In this document: positions 19,081 through 27,504 of the stretch, one piece after another
Layout of the letters: each line of letters opens with the position of its first letter
How positions within the stretch are numbered: position 1 is the stretch's first letter
Assembly: GCA_018433925.1 (NCBI GenBank)
Contig: JAHDQI010000037.1
Span: 1 to 53,447, forward strand
Reading direction: 5' to 3'
Length of the DNA: 53,447 bases
Origin: Phycisphaerae bacterium
GTDB lineage: Bacteria; Planctomycetota; Phycisphaerae; Sedimentisphaerales; Anaerohalosphaeraceae
The notes under the pieces: model-generated
Databases searched by the model: none
Seen by the model: the letters and a program-made list of their open reading frames with translations, nothing else
What the model was told of the DNA's origin: nothing
Made by a program: the position numbers and the translations under genes

Positions 19081-19303
19081 TTTAAATCCTCCGAGTTCAT
19101 GTAAAATCGTAACTAATTAATGTTTTACGCAACCATCCATAGATCGTATTTTCTGAAAAACACACCTCACACACTGATTATCTGAAGAAAAGCCCCTCTC
19201 TTGTTCCGGTTGTTTATCGGAAATGGGATGTCTTTGTGAGCACTCATTTCCACCACATTTTCACGCCTGTAGTTCATATATTTTATCGCTTAAATCAACT
19301 TTC

Positions 19304-19370
19304 ATTATAGCAATAACGCATTTCAAAAAAACACCTTATTGCGTTTATTTACAACCATAATGCGACATCG
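19304..19370 (-). promoter_or_regulatory. Promoter/operator module copy 2, upstream of 17017-19080
   Basis: attata at 19304-19309 reads TATAAT on the minus strand. TGCG cores are at 19340 and 19361. The repeats are aacaccttattgcgt and acaaccataatgcgac. It ends in the same tgcgacatcg as copy 1. Confidence 0.7.
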
Positions 19371-19539
19371 CCACGTAGAACTGCTCCTCTTTAGAAGGGC
19401 TGTTTTATAGGTGATCGAAGGTTTATTTTTATCATGCAATTAGGAAACTGAATCTTTGAGTACTCTTTCATCTCAAATCTCTACTATTTAACGATATCAA
19501 GCCATGCTTATGATATATCCGGCCGGAAAAGCTTGCTCA

Positions 19540-21495
19540 TTATCGAACAGGAATCTTATAAAGTGTTATGCTAACTGGTTTTATTGTGATCTGCCCAATC
19601 CTATCCGTCGGCTGAAGTCGCTGAATCTCAATAGCCGGAGGCAATTCAGGATCGTTGTAGGCCTTGGGATTTTCATGGGTGATAAGCCAGCCCTCCGCTT
19701 TTCCGCTTGGAGAGACTGATTTCAGGTCCAGATTGACTTGATAGATATCATGGGTCGCATTTACAAAACCAACCGTCAGGAATTTCCGGTCTTCAGTCAG
19801 AGCGGCCGAAACATCCAGTTTTTCACTCCAGCCGCTTACCTGCACAGGGATCGTGCCGAACTCTTTACGATAGAGCATCAGCGGATAACCGGTGGCGTCA
19901 AATGCGGCGGCGGTTTTCGTCGTCTTGATGCAGCCGATGACATTGACTGTCTGGGCGTAGTTCGCCATATAGCAGATATCTGTATTGCGGAAGTATTCGT
20001 GCAGGCCCGCTGCGATGCCGAGGGCATCTTTCATGAAAAAACGTGTTCCTATCTCTCCAAAAACATCCGGGCCATACCAGTAATTCCATTCATCCATGAC
20101 AATGCGGATATCTCTGCCTTTCAGCGAATCGATTGTCTGGCGATAATTCCGATGGGCCCGGCATTTTTCTTTGATTCGTTCGGGGATCTGACGGACATGG
20201 TCTGTAAGATCAGGCAGATCCTTCCGACAATAGAAATGTTCACTGATCAAATCCATATGGCCAGCGCAATGGCGAAGCATTTGTTCAGACCAGTTTTTAG
20301 TAATTTCTCCGACAGCAATGGTTTGGATCGATGGATCCACTTTTCGCATCATGCTATCCACCCAGTTATGCTTGAGAACATAATGGCTGATGTCCATATA
20401 CCCTAATTGCCACCGCCCGAACATCTCGTTTCCTACGCACCACCATTTGACCCCAAACGGCTCCGGGTGTCCGTTTTGGGCACGCCACTTCCCGTTTGCT
20501 GTCTTCGCTGTTCCATTGCAGTATTCCACTTCAGCCGCAGCAGAATAGGCATCGCCAAAACCGGTGTTCACTGTAATCATGGGTTCTGTGTCGAGAAGTC
20601 GGCAGAATTCGATAAATTCGTGAAGTCCCATGTCATTCGTTTCAATGCCTGTCCAGGCAGGATTGGTCCGGGTCGGCCGTTTATCTTGATCCCCGAGCCC
20701 GTCCCGCCAGTCATACCCGCTTACAAAATTGCCCCCCGGCCATCGGTACACGGGGCTATCCAGTTGCCTGAGAAGTTCCAGCGTATCTTTACGAAATCCT
20801 TTTACATGGTCTGCTGGCATCAGCGAAACAGCACCGACAGTAAAGGATCCTTGGCCGCTGCCGGATATTTCCAGACGGGCATTGTCTGCATTGTCTTCGG
20901 CCGTAAATTTCAGCGGATACGTTTTGAATGCCCCAGAGAGCTTTTTAATCGTTATACTCTGCCGCCCCTGCTGATCGTCAGACCAAACCAGAGAAATCTG
21001 TATCGGTCCGGACTTGCTGCCTCGAAGAACAATGCGGCCGGTGTATTCTTTGCCTTTGAGCAGCGCCAATTCCTCTTGATAAATACCGGTTTTTTCGCCC
21101 CTTGGCGTAATCAAGGGACAATGTTCACCGGAAAGCGGATGGTCTGTTGTCATAGTAACCGAATCTTTGGGACCGATGACTTTCCACGGTGAGTCAGTCA
21201 AAACTATTGCCTGGTTCTTGGTTGTTTTCCAGATATCCCCTTTAGCAGGTACAGCATAATAAAATTTGCGGTCATCGAGCATTTCGGCCCAGATACCTCC
21301 GTAAATACACTGTCCAAGATGCTCAATGAACTGTCCGTAAATGTACTTGGAGATGGGCTCCATGGTTTGGCCCGGATCAATTTGTACCTCTGCTGAAACG
21401 GTTTTAGCCTCGGGCTGTTCCGCTTTTAGAGGAATTGAAAAAGACGAAAAAAAACTCATGATTAAGACGGACACGAAAAGTTGATTTGTATTCAT
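19540..21495 (-). CDS. GH51 alpha-L-arabinofuranosidase, secreted
   Basis: Signal peptide MNTNQLFVSVLIMSFFSSFSIPLKA. YRWPGGNFVSGYDWRDGLG and WCVGNEMFG (acid/base Glu context) are hallmark GH51 motifs. Size is 651 aa. Confidence 0.85.
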   Translation of the reverse strand: MNTNQLFVSVLIMSFFSSFSIPLKAEQPEAKTVSAEVQIDPGQTMEPISKYIYGQFIEHLGQCIYGGIWAEMLDDRKFYYAVPAKGDIWKTTKNQAIVLTDSPWKVIGPKDSVTMTTDHPLSGEHCPLITPRGEKTGIYQEELALLKGKEYTGRIVLRGSKSGPIQISLVWSDDQQGRQSITIKKLSGAFKTYPLKFTAEDNADNARLEISGSGQGSFTVGAVSLMPADHVKGFRKDTLELLRQLDSPVYRWPGGNFVSGYDWRDGLGDQDKRPTRTNPAWTGIETNDMGLHEFIEFCRLLDTEPMITVNTGFGDAYSAAAEVEYCNGTAKTANGKWRAQNGHPEPFGVKWWCVGNEMFGRWQLGYMDISHYVLKHNWVDSMMRKVDPSIQTIAVGEITKNWSEQMLRHCAGHMDLISEHFYCRKDLPDLTDHVRQIPERIKEKCRAHRNYRQTIDSLKGRDIRIVMDEWNYWYGPDVFGEIGTRFFMKDALGIAAGLHEYFRNTDICYMANYAQTVNVIGCIKTTKTAAAFDATGYPLMLYRKEFGTIPVQVSGWSEKLDVSAALTEDRKFLTVGFVNATHDIYQVNLDLKSVSPSGKAEGWLITHENPKAYNDPELPPAIEIQRLQPTDRIGQITIKPVSITLYKIPVR

Positions 21496-21558
21496 CAGGC
21501 AGCCTTTCTATTTCCCAAAATGACAATTCGAACGTTTTCCTGCTTAGAATTCGTTTTG

Positions 21559-22845
21559 TTAACGGCAAAGATCAAAAAGACTGATAAGAGCGATATACGA
21601 CATGATTAATGCGAACAGAAAAGACAGCGACAACCCAATATTTAATACAATGCCCGCTCGGTGTCTGCCCATTTCTTTCCTGTTTATAAGAACAATGATC
21701 CCGCCCACAACCAACGGCAATACAAATACCTGGGATACCTGCGTGACAATTTGTGCCACAATCGGATTGACCCCCAAGACAGGTACAATAAGTCCCATCA
21801 GGCATGCCAACGCCGTCAAAGAGCGAAACAATACTGAACGGGTGACCATTTTCCCTTTCCTGTAATCAGACACCAAAAGAGGGGCTACCATCATAATAGG
21901 AAGTGCGGACGAAAGACCGGCACTTAAGATGCCTGTCAAAAATATTGTCGTCGCAAATTTTCCGGCAATGGGCCTTAAGCTGTTGGCCATATCCAAAACA
22001 TTTTCGATGGTTCTTCCTTCAGCATGCAGGGCACCGGCAGCACAGAGCATCACGGAACCACTTACGACAAACATCATAAAAGCCGACATAAAGGAATCTC
22101 GCTGCTGTTCTTTTAAATGTTCTTTGCCCCAGCCCTTCCCTTTCAGCAGCAGCGGCCTGACTACAAAGGTAGGAGCGGCCATGGTTGTGCCTACAAACGC
22201 CGCCATCATTAAATAGACTCCTTCCACCTTCGGCACCGAGGGAATCAATCCGCTGGCAATCTCTTTCACCGGGGGCAGCACGATACACATAGATACCACA
22301 AAGCTAAACGCCAATATTGTTACAAAGAAAACAAGGATCTTTTCAAAAAAAGAATACGTACCTACCCATAACACTATATATAATCCAATTAAAAGTATCA
22401 CTGCCGTTATCAGGATAGGTACATATCCCCCGGGAGCCAGAGAGGGGACCACGACCCGAAACGTTTCATAGACGGCCGATGAAGTTAATCCAATCAGTCC
22501 CGAAAGACAACACCACTGCCCCAGAACTACACCGACCATAACCAAAATGGTAAAGAACCTGCCGCCTTTGAATTTCATTTTAAAACTGTGTATGGCTGTA
22601 TCGCCGGTTACCAAAGCATACCGTCCATAGGCCTCCAGCAACACCCATGAAAAAAAACAACTTAAAATCAAAACCCATAAAAGCTGCGAACCAAATTGAG
22701 CTCCGGCCTTGCTCATAGAGGTTACGCTGCCGGTGCCGATCGTGTAACCAACACAAATTAAACCGGGACCGATCAAAAGAAGCCATAGCCACAGTTGCTT
22801 TAGCCCTACAACAAGTTTTGAACTGCTGTTATCGACCATTTGCAT
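21559..22845 (-). CDS. NRAMP-family membrane transporter homologue lacking the canonical metal-binding residues
   Basis: IGPGLICVGYTIGTGSVTSMSKAGAQFGSQLLWVLILSCFFSWVLLEAYGRYALVTGDT aligns with the NRAMP TM1-TM2 consensus (GPG..., DPGN, GAQFGY.LLWV). GTGS replaces DPGN. The TM6 region reads FVGTTMAAPTF instead of GATVMPHN. Confidence 0.65.
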   Translation of the reverse strand: MQMVDNSSSKLVVGLKQLWLWLLLIGPGLICVGYTIGTGSVTSMSKAGAQFGSQLLWVLILSCFFSWVLLEAYGRYALVTGDTAIHSFKMKFKGGRFFTILVMVGVVLGQWCCLSGLIGLTSSAVYETFRVVVPSLAPGGYVPILITAVILLIGLYIVLWVGTYSFFEKILVFFVTILAFSFVVSMCIVLPPVKEIASGLIPSVPKVEGVYLMMAAFVGTTMAAPTFVVRPLLLKGKGWGKEHLKEQQRDSFMSAFMMFVVSGSVMLCAAGALHAEGRTIENVLDMANSLRPIAGKFATTIFLTGILSAGLSSALPIMMVAPLLVSDYRKGKMVTRSVLFRSLTALACLMGLIVPVLGVNPIVAQIVTQVSQVFVLPLVVGGIIVLINRKEMGRHRAGIVLNIGLSLSFLFALIMSYIALISLFDLCR

Positions 22846-22887
22846 CCTTCAGAAAAGAGTTGTCATTGAGCCTGTAAAGGAGCATTT

Positions 22888-23979
22888 TTATCTTATCACT
22901 CTGCCTGATGCAGAGCCATTCATTAACGTAAGCACTTCTTCGTATTTATTATAGTTGTAATCACCCGCGATCGAATGAGCCAGACAGGAAGCGGCCACCG
23001 CAAAAGACACCGCATTCTCACAGGAGCACAAATCCGGATGATTCAGAGCAAAAATCAATCCTGCCGCAAAGGAATCACCGCCCCCTACCCGATCGACAAT
23101 ATGGGTTATTTGATAAGGAGAATAAGTACCGTTCTCAAGAGGAGCGTAATAAAATGTATGGGAAGGACAATCAAAAAGCATCGCTCCCCATTTATTATGG
23201 CCGGCAGAAATACTTTCACGAAATGTCGTGGCCATCTTTGTAATTCCGGGAAACATGTTTAACAACTTGACACAGACATCCTGATATTGTTCCACATCCA
23301 GTTTTCCTTGATGGACATTGGTATTTTTTGCCTGAATTCCAAGAACCGCCTGAACATCTTCTTCATTGGCGATCAAAACATCCACATACGGCAGGATTTG
23401 AGACATGATTTTTTTGGCTAACTCATTTGTACTTAAAGTCCGATCCCATTGCCACAACCGGCTTCGATAATTCAAATCGCAGGAAATGGTAAGATTATGT
23501 TTTTTGGCTTGCCGAACAGCCGAAACAGCCGTCTTCGCGCTGCACGCTGACAAAGCCGGGGTAATCCCTGTGATATGAAACCATGCGGCTCCATCAAATA
23601 TTTTTTTCCAATTATATTCTTCCTCCTGCGTTATAGATAGGGAAGAGTAGTCTCGATCATAAATCACCCGACCGGGTCTTTGATTGACTCCCGTTTCGGT
23701 ATAATATACCCCCATTCTGCCTTTATGGGTAAACAAAATATCGGAAACATCCACCCCTATCATTTTCAGTTGAGCGACACATGCCTCCGCAATATCATTG
23801 CACGGAAGAGCTGTAACAAACGAAGCGTCTCCCCCCAGGTAGGCGATGGAAGCCGCCACATTTGCTTCAGCACCTCCAAATGTCATTTTCACGGAGCCGG
23901 GCAAGGCCTGCCTGAACCGGTATAAACCATCCGGTATAACACGAACCATGATTTCACCAAAAGTTACTATTTTCTTCAT
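22888..23979 (-). CDS. kdgK: 2-dehydro-3-deoxygluconokinase (PfkB family)
   Basis: FGEIMVRV, FGGAEANVAASIAYLG, WFHITGITPALS and DRVGGGDSFAAGLIFAL are typical long-form KdgK motifs. AAAGGA lies upstream of the ATG. Confidence 0.85.
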   Translation of the reverse strand: MKKIVTFGEIMVRVIPDGLYRFRQALPGSVKMTFGGAEANVAASIAYLGGDASFVTALPCNDIAEACVAQLKMIGVDVSDILFTHKGRMGVYYTETGVNQRPGRVIYDRDYSSLSITQEEEYNWKKIFDGAAWFHITGITPALSACSAKTAVSAVRQAKKHNLTISCDLNYRSRLWQWDRTLSTNELAKKIMSQILPYVDVLIANEEDVQAVLGIQAKNTNVHQGKLDVEQYQDVCVKLLNMFPGITKMATTFRESISAGHNKWGAMLFDCPSHTFYYAPLENGTYSPYQITHIVDRVGGGDSFAAGLIFALNHPDLCSCENAVSFAVAASCLAHSIAGDYNYNKYEEVLTLMNGSASGRVIR

Positions 23980-24030
23980 GACATCCTTTCTGCTTCTTTG
24001 TATTGATTCAGTATAGCAAAAGTATAGGTT

Positions 24031-27000
24031 CTAATCACATTCAGGGGCAGTACATGTCAGCCAGTTTTCCACCAATACAACCAAATCTCCGATATTCACT
24101 CGACAGTCTCCGGTCATATCCCCCGGAGGAATCGGATCACACGTAGGAGCGGTACAAGTCAGCCAGTTTGCCGCCAGCACCACCATGTCTTCGATATTCA
24201 CGCGGCAGTCTTCTGTCGTATCGCCTGGAGAAATCGGATGAAGTGCATCGCCGCAAATACCTAAAAACACGGTCGAGCCATATTCATACGCACCCATATC
24301 TACCGATGTGTTGGCAATCCGGTTGTTGCCGTCCAGATCCGCCATCAGAGTGTCCGCAATCGCCGTATTCAATCCACTGTCAATACAGGGAGAAGGGGCC
24401 GTCAACCGATAATTATCATCCTCCGTACCGGCAATATTATCCGCACCATCTGGGTCTGTAAAGTTGGGGTTTAAATTGATATTCCCTTCACCCGACCAGC
24501 CGCCGTATACATCGCTATACTCAACCCAAAAAACACCTGTGCCATAGTAGTTTATTTCACTGCCGTCGTTCCACAAGATGGAATTGTTAATGGATATTAT
24601 CGTGCTACTCGAAGTCCCTATAGATAACGCTTTGCCGGCAATCGTTGCGGCATTACCCGCAAATGTACAGTTAATCACATTGCTGATGTTACCGTCAAAC
24701 CGAATCACACCCCCTTTATCTGATTGATTGCTGTTGAAGACACAGCTTAGGATATCGGTTATTCCGGGTTCCGTGGCAACGATAGCACCACCATACCCAA
24801 CGCTTGACTGTCCAAGTATCGTCTGATTCCCAATGAAGTAACTGTTGGATATTACAACTGAATCTGACCCATAGTTCGAAATAGCACCACCATATACAGT
24901 GTCAACGGCTGCCGTATCGCCGCCGTTTTCAATGAAAATACAATCATCGATTTCGACATCACCGCTATATTGTAACCGGATAGCACCGCCGCTGCGGCTG
25001 ATGTTGCCTTCAAACCGGCAACCTTGTATCTTAGAAGATGATTTTCCTGCGTAAATAGCACCGCCATAAGTAGTAGCACTGTTTCCTATGAACTTGCAGT
25101 TTTGAAGGGTCGGTGAGCCAGTCGTCCAGACAATAAGACCACCTCCTGCATTGTGCGGTGAAGCCGATTTGGCATTGCCTCCGGAAATGGCAAACCCATC
25201 CAGAATCGTCGTCTCATCCGTATCATCCCCGATAATAACATGACGAGAATTCTCATCATTATTGGTAAAATTGGGTCCGTCGTCGCCGGCTAAATCACCG
25301 GAAAGAAGCGTCACATTGTTCTCATAATCTCTTTGGGAAAGAGAGGTTTCCGACCCCGCAAAGCCGCCGTAAACAGCAACGCCGTTCTTCAGCTCAAACG
25401 CCTCATAACAGGCAAGATCAGCATTCACATCCTGCGTGGGTTTATAGGTTCCCTCGGCAACCCAGATTTGATCACCGTATTCAGCTCTGGCCAGGGCATC
25501 CTGCAAATCACAAAAAGCATTGGTCCAACTGGAACCGTCATCTTGACCCGTTGCGTCCGCATCTACATATATCACATCATTATAACCGCCGAAATTCAAA
25601 CTGTACAATTGCCCTTTGTGGATAGTAATACGTAGCTTAATGGGTCGATTGGGAAGATCCTTTATACTCCAATCGTTCCATCGTAGCGGATAATTGACAG
25701 AGTCACCTGCAAATTCTGCACCGGAACTGCCTGAATAATTCGACAGGCCATTTCCATATTCATCCAGCACCTCTACGAGAATATAGCCATTCGGATCTGT
25801 TTTGGCATTGATATTTAATGTCTGAGCTGCAGACAAAACCTTGGTTGTCAGCGTTCCGGTATCGGTTGAATTACCCAGCCGGACCCAGCCGTCTTTGCGG
25901 TATTTTATCAGGCCCGGCGTTACTAACAAATCCTTGGTTGCATCGACGATATTGTCCCATGACGAGCCGTACCAATCCCAAATCTCCGAAGCGGGAAGTC
26001 CTTTTTCCTCGTCGCCAAACATACCATCGAATCGATTTAGAAAATACTCTTCCGTTATGTAAGAACGGTCGACTCGACCGTAAGCCGAAGTAAACATAAA
26101 ATGCGGGCCGTCCATTCCGGCAATCGGTTCAATATATTCACTGCCGGTATCCAGTCTCATTCGGATAGTATAAAAAGCAAAACCGAAATTCCAACTGCCG
26201 AATTCACCGCTATCAAAAAATGGTTGTTGATCAAACCGGTTCCATTGAATACCATCTCGGCTGTAAGCCAGATCCACACGGGTTATCTGGGTAACCTGAT
26301 TATACATTCGGACATAGCTTAGCTCCAGGGCATCTTCTTCTTCATTAAAAACATGAACGGCATAATGCTGAAGGCCGGGGGTTTCCTGTTCATCAGGCAT
26401 ATCAAAATACGTAGGGGTCCAGTTTACGCCATCCTGAGTACTCCAGGTAACCATCATTCGGCTTGCAGGAAGATTGTCATAATAGACTCTGAAAGGATCG
26501 TTTCGGGGAATGGTTCGAGCCTGGTAAAATCGAAGCGTGTTGCCGTCCATGCTCAGGTGTTCGGGGCCATAATTGTCATTGGAGTCCTGCCACTCACCGA
26601 TTTCGTTGTCATCGAACTCCCATTTACCTTTGACAATGGGCTCCGGCGTTAATATCAGATATTCGCCATTGGGTCTTTCCCAGACGGCAATCCGACTCCA
26701 GTTGGGCAGGGTTATATCACCCAATATCATCGGTTGGGATTCGGACTCATATACGGAAACCTGCCCCAGATTAACAGGTCCATCTTCTTCCGGGTCATAG
26801 TAGTCATAGCTCGGAGTACCTGAAAACTGATACTGTACTTTGGCTTTATCAAATGTGATAACGTTGTAACTGTAATCGCGATTCTCCGGCTCTGACACAA
26901 TACTCCAGTTCTCGTAATCATCGCTGACCACCCAGTATTCAACTACATCCACCCAGTTTCCACTGGAATCTTGTCCATTTCTGCCATGCAACTTTACATA

Positions 27001-27504
27001 CATCTTTCCATCCTGGCCGATCCAGAAATCTCTCACCCAATTGATATAACGATAATAATCGGGATTTGATTCCCAGGGCGCTATGGGAATGGCCTGCCCC
27101 TCCTCAACCTCTCTGGTCAGTCCGCTTTGAGAAGCGATATACCAGTCGTCTACGAACAGGATTTTTTTTCCTGCAACGTCAATCGGCTCGCTGGGAGCCT
27201 GTGGAGCAGTAATTGTTTGCTTGCGAATGCCGCGAATCATTGTACCCGTGTCCTGAGAGCCCCCCCCCACCTCTTGTATTAATACTTCATAATCACCATC
27301 CGGCCAATTGCTAATATCAATATTTTCTTCCTGTAGTCCTCCTTGTGAAGCATAGACTGTCACTTGTATTGGGGAAGCCGGAGACGTACCGGTGATATGG
27401 TCGCGAAATGTCAACTCAACATCAATGTCATTAACCCCCCAATATTGGAAAGCCAATATTGCAGTATTGTCGTTCAAATAAGCCGATCGAACGGATTCGA
27501 CCTC
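24031..27504 (-). repeat. Long-tail cassette copy 1 (about 3.47 kb), paralogous to 28964-32443
   Basis: Colinear similarity to 28964-32443 at nt level, roughly 80-90% by eye. It includes an 88-nt stretch with one mismatch (25350-25437 vs 30301-30388). Confidence 0.85.
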
